A DNA stretch of 64,000 nucleotides from contig DATAFJ010000089.1 in assembly GCA_036257535.1 (NCBI GenBank), forward strand, positions 4,839 to 68,838, read 5' to 3'. Below the pieces are notes generated by a model, which did no database searches, was not told where the DNA came from, and was given only the letters and a program-made list of their open reading frames with translations. Position numbers and translations under genes: made by a program. The stretch's first letter is position 1; every line of letters starts with the position of its first letter. Positions 1 through 8,852 of this stretch are shown piece after piece. Source of the stretch: Vicinamibacterales bacterium (GTDB lineage Bacteria; Acidobacteriota; Vicinamibacteria; Vicinamibacterales; 2-12-FULL-66-21).

Positions 1-1
1 T

Positions 2-1492
2 CAGAACATGGGCGAGCTGCTGCGCGATCTGACCGTCTGCCGTCAGCAGCTCGGGCTGGTTGATTCGTCGGCGGTTGGCCGGCCGGGATCCGGCGGCCAC
101 CGTCCGTCGTCGGATCCCTGGAGCCGGCCGAGCGGCCAGTCGCAGGCCGATCGTCCTGGAACCCCGGCGCCCGCGCCGCTCGTCACGCCCATGCCGACGC
201 CCGCGCCGTCGGCGGCGCCGCGAACCTCGCGCGTCCTGCAGGGAACGATCGCGGCCGCGCTCTTCGCGACGCTTTTCGTTGGCGCCTGGCTGCTGTTTGC
301 CCGTCCGGAGCGCGCGCCATCCGGTCCGGAGCCGGCGGCGCCGACTGCGCCGGGGGCGTCGGCCGCGCCGGACGTCTCAGCCGCGCTCCAGCGTGCGCTC
401 GACGCGTTCCAGAAAGGCGATTTTCAGGCGGCCGATCGGTCTACAGGAGAGGTTCTCGCCGCCGTGCCGGACCACGCCGAGGCGCGACGCGTCCAGACAA
501 AGGCGCGCGAGGCCGCGGCGGCGGTCGAACGCGGCTTGAATCAGGCGAGAACTCATGTTGAATCGGGCCGGTTTGCAGAAGCGTCGCGGGCGGCCGGCGA
601 GGTGCTCAGCGTCGCGCCCACCAACGAGGAAGCCCGGCGCATCATGGAAGAGGGCGCGTCGCGTTCGCGGGGTGACGGCGCCGACCAAGCTCGCTCGCGA
701 ATGATCCGGGCACGCTCGAGCGCGCGCGCCGCCAACGCGCCGGCGCTCGCCGTCGGGTCCTACCGTGCCGCGAGCGACGCCGAGCGGGAGGCCCAGCGCC
801 TGTTCCAGGCCGGCCGTCTCGCCGACGCGACGGCGAAGTTCTACGAAGCAAGCGGGCTCTTCCGGAGCGCCGAGATCGCTGCCGAGAGCAACGCGGCGGC
901 GGAAGCGGAGCGCAGGCGCCAGGCGCAGATCGCGGCGGAACGCGAGCGCGAACAAGAGCGAGAACGCCGTGCACAACCTGCGGAGCAGGCCCCGGCATCC
1001 GCGCCAGCCTCGCCTCCGGTCTCCACGGGTACCCCTCTGCCGGCGCTGCCACCGGCCTCGTCGCCCGGTACGCTGCCGCCACCAGCACCACCCGCACCGC
1101 CGGCCCCCCCGGCGCCTGCACCGCAGGCTGAACCGCCGCGAACGCCTGCCGCGGAAGAGGCGATTCGCGACCTGCTCGATCGGTACAAGGCGGCGCTCGA
1201 AGCCCGGAGCCTCGACGCGCTCAAGCGCCTGTGGCCTGGCCTGGCAGGCGCGCAGCAGGCGGCGATCCAGAACGAGTTCAGCCACGCGAGCCGCATCGAG
1301 GTCGATATCGTCGACCCCCGAATCGCGGTGTCGGGCACCTCGGCGACGGTGGCGTTCATCCGCCGCTACGAACTCGTTACGGTAGATGGACAGCGGCTGA
1401 ACAACGACACACGAACCACGATGACACTCCATCGCTCAAACGGTGGCTGGGTCATCGAGGCGATCCGGTTCGACGCCCCCCGGCGTGGCTGA
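2..1492 (+). CDS. 5'-truncated gene running off the window. It encodes a membrane-anchored protein with Pro/Ala-rich linkers, a helical TPR-like region and a C-terminal NTF2/SnoaL (DUF4440)-like domain. It may be the tail of a Ser/Thr kinase gene.
   Basis: The frame is open from the window edge. One TM helix is visible (IAAALFATLFVGAWLLF), along with PPAPPAPPAPP linkers. The C-terminal block LWPGLAGAQQAAIQNEF...MTLHRSNGGWVIEAIRF looks NTF2-like. Confidence 0.5.
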   Translation, partial: QNMGELLRDLTVCRQQLGLVDSSAVGRPGSGGHRPSSDPWSRPSGQSQADRPGTPAPAPLVTPMPTPAPSAAPRTSRVLQGTIAAALFATLFVGAWLLFARPERAPSGPEPAAPTAPGASAAPDVSAALQRALDAFQKGDFQAADRSTGEVLAAVPDHAEARRVQTKAREAAAAVERGLNQARTHVESGRFAEASRAAGEVLSVAPTNEEARRIMEEGASRSRGDGADQARSRMIRARSSARAANAPALAVGSYRAASDAEREAQRLFQAGRLADATAKFYEASGLFRSAEIAAESNAAAEAERRRQAQIAAEREREQERERRAQPAEQAPASAPASPPVSTGTPLPALPPASSPGTLPPPAPPAPPAPPAPAPQAEPPRTPAAEEAIRDLLDRYKAALEARSLDALKRLWPGLAGAQQAAIQNEFSHASRIEVDIVDPRIAVSGTSATVAFIRRYELVTVDGQRLNNDTRTTMTLHRSNGGWVIEAIRFDAPRRG

Positions 1493-1520
1493 TCAGACAG
1501 CAGAACTGAGGATTGTGAAG

Positions 1521-2843
1521 ATGCAGAGACTTGTCGTGACTCTCGCAGCGGTGTGGCTGGTGGGGTCGGCGCAGGCGATCGCGCAGACCCGGCCCGCGAC
1601 GCTCGCCACCCTTTTCGAAGACATCTATGGACCGAACGGGCTCGTCGTGAGCAGCGACGACGTGCAGCTCGATGGGACGACGCACGCGGCGCATTTCAAC
1701 AGCGCGTTTCAGTCGGACTTCAGGCTGGTCAACATCGCGCTCGCCACGCAGCTCGCGTCCATACCACTCCCGTCGCCCGCCTCGGGCTTCACCTATCGCT
1801 TCGACGATGCAACGGGCACGTTCGTGCGCTCCACGCAGAGCTTCGGTCCGATCCTCACCGATCGCGGCGAGACGATCGGCCGCGGCCGCGTCGCCTTCGG
1901 CTTCAGTTACCAGGCCTTCACGTTCGATCACCTGGATGGCGTTCCGCTCGTGCAGGTGCCGGCGGTGTTCCGACACGACAACTTCGACCTGGGCGGCGGC
2001 CGCCTCGACGTCATCGGGACCGAGAACGTCATCGGCGCGTCCGTCAGCCAGTTCACCGGCGCGGTCACCTACGGGATCACCGACCGAATCGACGTCGCGC
2101 TGGCGGTGCCGGTCGTCCGCACGGAGCTGTCGCTCATCTCGAACGCGACGGTTCACAGGATCGGGACCGGGACGAACAACACCGTCCACTATTTCCGCGA
2201 CGACGCCGCGATCGGCGGGTACGGCTCGACCCACCAGTACTTCTCCGAGGCATCGGCGACGGGGCTCGGCGACATGCTGGTGCGGCTCAAGGGGACGCTC
2301 ATGCGCGAGGCGACGCGCGCGTTCGCTGCGGGCATCGACATCCGGATGCCGACCGGCGACGAGCAGAACCTGCTCGGCGCGGGCGCGGCCGGGGTCCGGC
2401 CCTTCGCGGCCTTCTCGGCGTCGATGGGACGCTTCGCGCCGCACGCCAACCTCTGGTATCAGTGGAACGGCGAGAGCATCCTCGGCGGCGACGTGGCGCT
2501 CGGGCAGGAGGGCGGCCTGCCCGACAACTTCGCGTACGCCGTGGGCACGGACTTCGGTGTCACCGACCAGTTCAGCGTCATCTTCGACGTCATCGGCCAG
2601 CGCGTGCTCGATTCGCCGCGGCTCTTCACTCGCACGCTGTCGCTGTCGGGACCCGGCGGGAGCGTAAACCTGCCGGACATCTTCCTCGAGAGCGCCTCGT
2701 ACTGGACCGCGAACGCGGCGCTCGGCTTCAAGGCGAACGTCGCGACGCGGCTGCTGATCGAGGTCAACTTGAAGTTCGCCATGACCGACGGGGGCCTCAC
2801 CGATCGCGTGACGCCGCTCGTCGGCCTCGAGTGGGCGTTCTGA
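1521..2843 (+). CDS. Putative outer-membrane beta-barrel protein.
   Basis: I moved the start to ATG 1521, which gives the signal peptide MQRLVVTLAAVWLVGSAQA. The sequence shows alternating beta-strand-like patterns and ends in the aromatic terminus ...LEWAF typical of OMPs. Confidence 0.55.
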   Translation: MQRLVVTLAAVWLVGSAQAIAQTRPATLATLFEDIYGPNGLVVSSDDVQLDGTTHAAHFNSAFQSDFRLVNIALATQLASIPLPSPASGFTYRFDDATGTFVRSTQSFGPILTDRGETIGRGRVAFGFSYQAFTFDHLDGVPLVQVPAVFRHDNFDLGGGRLDVIGTENVIGASVSQFTGAVTYGITDRIDVALAVPVVRTELSLISNATVHRIGTGTNNTVHYFRDDAAIGGYGSTHQYFSEASATGLGDMLVRLKGTLMREATRAFAAGIDIRMPTGDEQNLLGAGAAGVRPFAAFSASMGRFAPHANLWYQWNGESILGGDVALGQEGGLPDNFAYAVGTDFGVTDQFSVIFDVIGQRVLDSPRLFTRTLSLSGPGGSVNLPDIFLESASYWTANAALGFKANVATRLLIEVNLKFAMTDGGLTDRVTPLVGLEWAF

Positions 2844-2844
2844 T

Positions 2845-3060
2845 AGCACGATCGGGTCAAATGTGATCGAGTTATCGTGCCAAGTAATCGGGCCATCTGG
2901 GTATCGTCTATCGGCGTATCTGATCGCGCTATCGGATATCGCTCGCTAACGATCGTTAACGATCGATATCGATCGGTAACCGCGCGATATCGCCGTTGTG
3001 ACGTCAGATACCCCGATAGCCGATCTTCCGATGTCCCGATCACTTGGCTTGCTGTTCCGA
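2845..3060. repeat. Lower-GC spacer rich in CGAT/TATCG, with degenerate 7-nt periodicity, between convergent genes.
   Basis: There are more than 14 ATCG/CGAT cores and a run GTATCGT CTATCGG CGTATCT GATCGCG CTATCGG ATATCGC. Palindromes AACGATCGTT, CGATATCG and ATCGAT occur. CCGATNN(N) units continue into the dinB 3' end. Confidence 0.6.
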
Positions 3061-4140
3061 TCATCCATCGCCCGATGAGGTGAAGAGCAGCAAACCGTCG
3101 TCGCCCGACAGCCCGTGAACGCTCACGCCGAGGAGCCGCACCGGCCGCCGGCCCGCGTCCGTCCGGTCGACGAGGGCCACGGCGCGGGCCGCGAGCGCAT
3201 CGGCGTCGCGGGATGGCGCCGACGACTGGCTGCGCGTGATCGTCGTGAAGTCGTCGTATCTGACCTTGATCGTCACGGTTCGCGCGTAGAGTGCCTTGCG
3301 CACGAGCCACGCGGCGTTGTCACGCGCCATGTCCGCGATCGCGTCTCGAATCTCGCGAACGTCGGTGAGGTCTCTCGTGAAAGTCGTTTCGGTACCGCAG
3401 GATTTTGCCGCGCGATCCGGAACGACGCCGCGATCGTCGTTGCCGGAAGCGAGCTGACGGAGCCAGTCCGCCTGGCTTCCCACCACCTGCCGGAGGCGGG
3501 CGGCATCGATCGTCCTCACGTCGACGAGCCGCTCCACGCCGATCCCGCGCAGCTTTGCCGCGGTCACCGGGCCGACTCCCCACAGCGCGTCGACCGGCAG
3601 CTTCTGGAGAAAGCTCTCGATTCGATCCGGCGGGATCACGGTCAGCCCGTCCGGTTTCTGCCAGGCGGACGCGATCTTCGCGAGAAACTTGTTTGGTGCA
3701 ACCCCGGCGGACGCCGTCAGCGACGTCGTCTCGCGGATGAGCGCCTTCAGCCGCTGCGCGACGCGCGTGCCCGAGGGTTCCTGCCACGCGTTCGTCGTGA
3801 CGTCGAGATACGCCTCGTCGAGCGAGAGCGGCTCGACGAGCGGCGTCAGCGTCCGAAAAATCTCGAACACCTGCCGCGACACCGCGCGATACTTTGCGAA
3901 ATCGGGCGGGACGATCACGAGCGAGGGACACAACCGGACCGCGCGAGCCATCGGAATCGCGGATCGCACGCCAAACGCGCGCGCCTCGTAGCTCGCCGCC
4001 GCAACCACGCCGCGTCCCTGCGGCGAGCCGCCCACGGCGATCGGCCGCCCTCGCAACGAAGGGTCATCGCGCTGCTCGACGGAGGCGTAAAAGGCGTCCA
4101 TGTCGATATGAACGATCCTTCGCAGCGGTTCTGGGTTCAA
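3061..4140 (-). CDS. dinB: DNA polymerase IV (Y-family).
   Basis: The 359-aa product carries IVHIDMDAFYASVEQRDDP and SLDEAYLDVT motifs. The TTG start at 4140 lies inside the flanking repeat, so the exact start is uncertain. Confidence 0.93.
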   Translation of the reverse strand: MNPEPLRRIVHIDMDAFYASVEQRDDPSLRGRPIAVGGSPQGRGVVAAASYEARAFGVRSAIPMARAVRLCPSLVIVPPDFAKYRAVSRQVFEIFRTLTPLVEPLSLDEAYLDVTTNAWQEPSGTRVAQRLKALIRETTSLTASAGVAPNKFLAKIASAWQKPDGLTVIPPDRIESFLQKLPVDALWGVGPVTAAKLRGIGVERLVDVRTIDAARLRQVVGSQADWLRQLASGNDDRGVVPDRAAKSCGTETTFTRDLTDVREIRDAIADMARDNAAWLVRKALYARTVTIKVRYDDFTTITRSQSSAPSRDADALAARAVALVDRTDAGRRPVRLLGVSVHGLSGDDGLLLFTSSGDG

Positions 4141-4200
4141 GGTGCAGGGTTCAAGGGAGGTTCTAGGTTCAAGGTTCTGGGTTGGGGTTCAGGGTTCATG
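4127..4200. repeat. Left arm of an inverted repeat built from GGTTCNN heptamers.
   Basis: The sequence is ggttctgggttcaaGGTGCAGGGTTCAAGGGAGGTTCTAGGttcaaggttctgggttggggttcagggttc. It is the reverse complement of 4628-4700 at most positions. Its 27-mer core (4141-4167) is identical to 8696-8722. Confidence 0.8.
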
Positions 4201-4219
4201 GCATGTGTGCTGCTTGCAT

Positions 4220-4637
4220 GTGGTGAAGACATTCTGGGAACTTGAAGCCTGGCAGCTCTGCGACGAGTTGCGTCGAGAGATCGAGATAATTATTGCCGTG
4301 CCGCGGGTGAGAAGGGATGTCAAATTCTGCGATCAAATCCGCGGTTCCGTCGACTCGGCTTGCGCGAATTACGGCTGAGGGCTTCGGTCGGTACTATCCG
4401 GCGGAGTTCCGCCGATTTCTAGTGATCGCCCGCGGCTCGCTTACCGAGACGCAGAGTCACCTTGCGGCAGCACTGTCACGGAAGTATTTGTCCAGGGAGG
4501 ACTTCGACCGGCTCATCCATCTCTCGTCGCGCGCGATAGGCGCCAACACTGGCTTGCAGAAGTACTTACGGGAACGTCGCGGCGTGGGCTATCCTGCTGG
4601 TCACAGCTCGAAGGTCACCCGTGACAAAGAACCCTGA
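4220..4637 (+). pseudogene. Four-helix-bundle protein of the 23S rRNA intervening-sequence protein / Avd-like family, interrupted by one frameshift near 4372-4378.
   Basis: Frame A reads (V)VKTFWELEAWQLCDELRREI...FCDQIRGSVDSACANYG*. Frame B continues AEGFGRYYPAEFRRFLVIARGSLTETQSHL...; the family hallmark is ..ANIAEGFGR..GSL.E. The join needs a 1-nt correction. Confidence 0.7.
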
Positions 4638-4717
4638 ACCCCGAACCACGCACCTCGAACCCAGAACCTCCCTTGAACCCTGCACCCAGAACCTCGAACC
4701 GTACCGGTTCTGGGTCC
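4628..4717. repeat. Right arm of the inverted repeat (NNGAACC heptamers) plus a small GAACCG-TAC-CGGTTC hairpin.
   Basis: The sequence gaaccctgaaccccgaaccacgcacctcgaacccagaacctcccttgaaccctgcacccagaacctcgaacc is the reverse complement of the 4127-4200 arm. It overlaps the last codons of the four-helix gene. Confidence 0.8.
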
Positions 4718-4744
4718 GGTTCTGGTGCCCGTTAGCGTACTAGT

Positions 4745-6307
4745 ATGCGTGTCCTTTTATTGTCGATGCCCGACTCGTTCGAGCACACCCCTTCCCTGAC
4801 GATGCGGATGCCGAACGGCGCGCTGGCGTCGATTGCGGGCAACGTCGATCGGCATCACGAGGTCGCGATCGCCGATCTCGTGCTCGTCCAGGATCGCGTG
4901 AGAGAGACCGTCGAGCGTCTCGTCGCCGAGCACCAGCCCGAGATCGTCGGCCTCTCGGTGATGACGTTTCAGCGCCGGACCGCGCACCGGCTGCTGCGCA
5001 TCATCAAGGCGCTCAGGCCCGAAGCCACGATCGCCCTTGGCGGCTACGATCCCAGCCTGGCGTCCGACGCGTACGAGGATCCATCGCTCGGCGTTGACTT
5101 CATCGTCCGCGGTGAGGGCGATCTCACGTTTCGGGATTTGATCAGATCGCTCGAAGTGAACCGTTGCGACGTCGCGCACATTCCCGGCCTGTCGTGGCGC
5201 CGCGGCGAGCGGTTCGCCCACAACGCCGAGCGGCCGGTCAGTTCGCTCGACGGCGATGCCGTGCGGCTGCCGAATCGCGCCGCGCGCGTCCTGAAAGGGT
5301 ACACCTTCCTCGGCCGTCAGATCGACGTCGTCGAGACGTCACGCGGGTGCACCTACGACTGCAGTTTCTGCTCGATCATCGAGATGCGCGGGAGAAACTT
5401 TCACACCTGGACGTTCGATCGCGTGCTCGCGGACATCTCGGACGCGAAGGCGCGAGGCGCGCGCGCGATCTTTCTCGTCGACGACAACATCACGCTGAAC
5501 GTCGCGCGTTTCGAGGCGCTCTGCCGCGCGATGATCGACGCCGGCGTCAACGACATCGACTACATCGTCCAGGGCATGACGTCGTCGATCGCGAATCATG
5601 GCGAGACGCTGGCGCCGCTCATGCGCCGCGCGGGCTTCCGCTACGTGTTTCTCGGCATCGAGAACATCCTGGACGGCGACCTCGAGTTTCTGAAGGCGCG
5701 TTCGAAGAACGCGGAGCGCGAGCATGGCCGCACCGTTGGCAACGCCTCCGCGCGCGCCGTCGACATCCTCCACCGCCACGGCATGTACGTCGTCGGCGGC
5801 CTGATCGTGGGGAATCCGGACGACACGCGCGAGTCGATCGAGGCGAACCTGACCTTTGCGCGCAAATACATCGACTGGCCGTACATTCAACACCCGACGC
5901 CGTATCCGCGGACGCCGATGACGAAGGACTTCCGCGACCAGGGGCTCATCGTCAACGAGAACTTCGAAGAGTACGACGGGACGACCGCCGTCGTGCGGAC
6001 GAAGCACCTGGATGCCGAAGACGTGGAGTTCATGCGCTGGCGAGCGGAGCGCTGGATGAAGCTCCGGCATTTCCCCGCGGCGCTGCGGCACGATCCGGTG
6101 TTTGTCGCGCGGTACGCGCGCCGGATGTTCGGCCACACTTTCCGCGGCAGCACGTGGCGATCGGCCCTCGGCCTCGAGAGCGAGCGCGACGTCTTCCGGC
6201 GCTACAAGCAGATCAGACGGCGGGAACGCGAGTACGTGCCCGATCCTGACTCGCGGTCGGATCGAGAATCCAGGAGAGAGACTTCAGAATCCAGACGGAT
6301 TGCCTGA
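4745..6307 (+). CDS. B12-binding-domain radical SAM protein.
   Basis: The 520-aa product has an N-terminal cobalamin-binding-like domain followed by the radical-SAM cluster motif SRGCTYDCSFCS. Confidence 0.85.
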   Translation: MRVLLLSMPDSFEHTPSLTMRMPNGALASIAGNVDRHHEVAIADLVLVQDRVRETVERLVAEHQPEIVGLSVMTFQRRTAHRLLRIIKALRPEATIALGGYDPSLASDAYEDPSLGVDFIVRGEGDLTFRDLIRSLEVNRCDVAHIPGLSWRRGERFAHNAERPVSSLDGDAVRLPNRAARVLKGYTFLGRQIDVVETSRGCTYDCSFCSIIEMRGRNFHTWTFDRVLADISDAKARGARAIFLVDDNITLNVARFEALCRAMIDAGVNDIDYIVQGMTSSIANHGETLAPLMRRAGFRYVFLGIENILDGDLEFLKARSKNAEREHGRTVGNASARAVDILHRHGMYVVGGLIVGNPDDTRESIEANLTFARKYIDWPYIQHPTPYPRTPMTKDFRDQGLIVNENFEEYDGTTAVVRTKHLDAEDVEFMRWRAERWMKLRHFPAALRHDPVFVARYARRMFGHTFRGSTWRSALGLESERDVFRRYKQIRRREREYVPDPDSRSDRESRRETSESRRIA

Positions 6308-6433
6308 GCGGTGCCGGATTTTGTCACTTGCCCGCGTGCAGTCAGGTGAAAGATAATGCAATTCCATCACTGATGGCGGGAGCGTCGCCCGCCCACCCCT
6401 AAAGTCACCGCACAGCGTAAGGAAGGGACGGCA

Positions 6434-8650
6434 ATGGGATCTGCAGCACTAGGCGAGGCGATCAAGAGCATCACTGATTGGGGCGTCGGCCGGGCGTATC
6501 CGGCCAACGGACCCGCCGAAGTCACCAACGGGCGGCCGACCGAGGAAACCGCCCACGCCGCCGACATCTTCGGCAGCCTCACCTTCAATGATCGTATCCA
6601 GCAGGCCCGGCTTCCCAAAGAGGTCTATCGCGCGCTCAAGCGAACGATGACGATCGGCGAGCCAATCGACGCGTCCACGGCCGACATCATCGCCGCGGCG
6701 CTCAAAGACTGGGCGGTCGAGCACGGCGCGACGCACTACACGCACTGGTTCCAGCCGATGACCGGCATCACCGCGGAGAAGCACGATTCGTTTCTCGCGC
6801 CGGCGGCCGAAGGCCGCGCCGTCGCCGAGTTCGCCGGCAAGGAGTTGATCAGGGGCGAGCCCGACGCCTCGAGCTTCCCGTCTGGCGGAATGCGGTCGAC
6901 CTTCGAAGCGCGCGGCTACACCGCGTGGGATCCGACGAGCCCGCCGTGGCTCCTGAAGACGACGAACGGCTGCACGCTGGTCATCCCGACGGCGTTCGTG
7001 AGCTGGACCGGCGAGGCGCTCGACAAGAAGACGCCGCTCCTCCGCTCGATGGAGGCGCTCTCCAAGCAGGCGCTTCGCATCCTCAAGCTGTTCGGCTCCC
7101 GCGCGCAGCGCGTCGTCACGACCTGCGGTCCCGAGCAGGAGTACTTCCTGATCGATCGGAACTTCTATTTCAATCGTCCTGACCTTATCAATGCGGGCCG
7201 GACGCTCTTCGGCGCCAAGCCGCCGAAGGGGCAGGAGCTCGAGGATCAGTACTTCGGCGCGATTCCCGAGCGTGTGCTGGCGTTCATGCACGAAGCGGAG
7301 CGCGAGCTGTACAAGGTCGGCGTGCCGGTCAAGACGCGGCACAACGAGGTCGCGCCGAGCCAGTACGAGGTCGCGCCGGTCTTCGAGAACGCCAACGTCG
7401 CCACCGATCATCAGATGATGACGATGGAGACGCTGAAGCGGATTGCGCCGAAGTACGGGCTGGCGTGCCTGCTGCACGAGAAGCCGTTCGCGGGCGTGAA
7501 CGGCTCCGGGAAACACCTGAACTGGAGCATGAGCGACGACCTCGGGAACAACCTGCTCAACCCCGGGGACACGCCGCACGACAACATCCAGTTCCTGGTG
7601 TTCTGCAGCGCCATGCTGCGAGCCGTGGACAAGTTCCAGGGCCTGCTGCGGATGAGCGTCGCGAGCGCCGGCAACGACCACCGGCTGGGCGCGAACGAAG
7701 CGCCGCCGGCGATCATCTCGGTGTTTCTCGGCGACATGCTGACCGACATCTTCGAGCAGATCGAGAAGGGCTCGGCGAAGTCGACCAAGAGCGGCGGCAT
7801 CCTCGACTCCGGCGTGTCGGTGCTGCCGAAGCTGCCGCGCGACGCGGGCGACCGGAACCGGACGAGCCCGTTCGCGTTCACCGGGAACAAGTTCGAGTTC
7901 CGGGCGGTGTCGGCGAGCCAGAGCATCGCCTTCCCGAACATCGCGCTGAACGTCGCGGCCACGGAGGCGATCGACCACGTGGCCACCGAGCTCGAGACCG
8001 CGGTCGAGAAGGGACAGAAGCTCGAGGATGCGGTTCGCGCGCTCCTGACGTCGATGATCAACCAGTACAAGCGGATCATCTTCAACGGAAACAACTACTC
8101 GGAGGAGTGGCAGCAGGAGGCGGCGCGCCGCGGCCTGCTCAACCACCGCACGTCGGTCGACGCCTTCGCCGAGCTGCTCAAGCCGGACGTGGTCGCGGCG
8201 TTCGAGAAGTACAAGATCCTCAACGGGCGCGAGCTGCATGCGCGAAGCGAGATCAACTACGAGCAGTACATCAAGACGATCAACGTCGAGGCGCAGCTCA
8301 TGATCCTCATGGCGAACAGGTACATCCTGCCGGCCGCGTTCGAGTATCAGAAGCAGGTCGCCGAAAGCGCCGCGGCGGTGAAGGCGGCAGGCGTCGCGTC
8401 GAAGAGCACGTTGCAGGTCCTCGAGGATCTCGTGAAGCTCATCGACGAGTTCCGCGCCCGGACCGACAAGCTGACGAAGCTCGTCGAACACGAGAGCGAC
8501 GGCTCGACCGAGTCGCATGCGAAGCACTTCCGCGACCACGTCGTCCCGGCCATGGTCGAGCTCCGCGAGGCCGGGGACAAGCTCGAAACCGTCGTCCCGC
8601 ACGCGATCTGGCCGCTGCCGACGTACCGGGAGATGCTGTTCATTAAATAG
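6434..8650 (+). CDS. glnN: Glutamine synthetase type III.
   Basis: The length (738 aa) fits GSIII. Conserved blocks include [22 protein letters not shown] and [10 protein letters not shown]. Confidence 0.9.
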   Translation: MGSAALGEAIKSITDWGVGRAYPANGPAEVTNGRPTEETAHAADIFGSLTFNDRIQQARLPKEVYRALKRTMTIGEPIDASTADIIAAALKDWAVEHGATHYTHWFQPMTGITAEKHDSFLAPAAEGRAVAEFAGKELIRGEPDASSFPSGGMRSTFEARGYTAWDPTSPPWLLKTTNGCTLVIPTAFVSWTGEALDKKTPLLRSMEALSKQALRILKLFGSRAQRVVTTCGPEQEYFLIDRNFYFNRPDLINAGRTLFGAKPPKGQELEDQYFGAIPERVLAFMHEAERELYKVGVPVKTRHNEVAPSQYEVAPVFENANVATDHQMMTMETLKRIAPKYGLACLLHEKPFAGVNGSGKHLNWSMSDDLGNNLLNPGDTPHDNIQFLVFCSAMLRAVDKFQGLLRMSVASAGNDHRLGANEAPPAIISVFLGDMLTDIFEQIEKGSAKSTKSGGILDSGVSVLPKLPRDAGDRNRTSPFAFTGNKFEFRAVSASQSIAFPNIALNVAATEAIDHVATELETAVEKGQKLEDAVRALLTSMINQYKRIIFNGNNYSEEWQQEAARRGLLNHRTSVDAFAELLKPDVVAAFEKYKILNGRELHARSEINYEQYIKTINVEAQLMILMANRYILPAAFEYQKQVAESAAAVKAAGVASKSTLQVLEDLVKLIDEFRARTDKLTKLVEHESDGSTESHAKHFRDHVVPAMVELREAGDKLETVVPHAIWPLPTYREMLFIK

Positions 8651-8681
8651 ACGATAAGACCAGAAAAGGCACGAACACAAT

Positions 8682-8848
8682 GGTTCAGCGTGCGAGGTGC
8701 AGGGTTCAAGGGAGGTTCTAGGTATAGGTTCTTGGGTCGTGGTTCGAGGTTCGCTCAGACTCGAACGACCTGAACCTTGACCCAAGAACCAATCCCTCGA
8801 ACCCTGAACCACCCTTGAACCGTGCACCTTGCACCCCGAACCGCTGAG
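8682..8848. repeat. 'Empty' long imperfect palindrome of the GGTTCNN/NNGAACC heptamer family. It probably forms a bidirectional terminator-like hairpin.
   Basis: The left arm (8682-8753) and right arm (8762-8848) are reverse complements around the loop ctcagact. It shares an identical 27-mer with 4141-4167. It lies between convergent glnN and the SGNH hydrolase gene. Confidence 0.75.
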
Positions 8849-8852
8849 ATCA

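Noticed and set aside
2845-3060. A replication origin, considered because of the GATC clustering and lower GC.
   Set aside because: I see no DnaA-box-like 9-mers (TTATCCACA or variants) and no dnaA, dnaN or other origin-linked genes nearby. The island lies between convergent 3' ends. I kept it as a repeat of unexplained function instead.
2877-3083. 68-aa ORF within the CGAT-rich spacer.
   Set aside because: Its sequence (…IGYRSLTIVNDRYRSVTARYRR…) simply mirrors the DNA repeat. It has no RBS and it overlaps the dinB 3' end.
6374-6388. A sigma54-type -24/-12 promoter (TGGC-N7-TCGC) upstream of glnN.
   Set aside because: The GG-N10-GC spacing fits, but the flanking consensus bases (TGGCAC, TTGCA) are poorly matched. 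In a genome this GC-rich such matches arise by chance, and I see no enhancer-binding sites. I consider it too weak to call.
6449-8827. 792-aa ORF on the minus strand, antisense to glnN.
   Set aside because: The product is Arg/Ala/Pro/Gly-rich and low in complexity, with no recognisable domains. It lies exactly opposite a confidently identified gene. Long antisense ORFs of this kind are a typical artefact of high-GC DNA.
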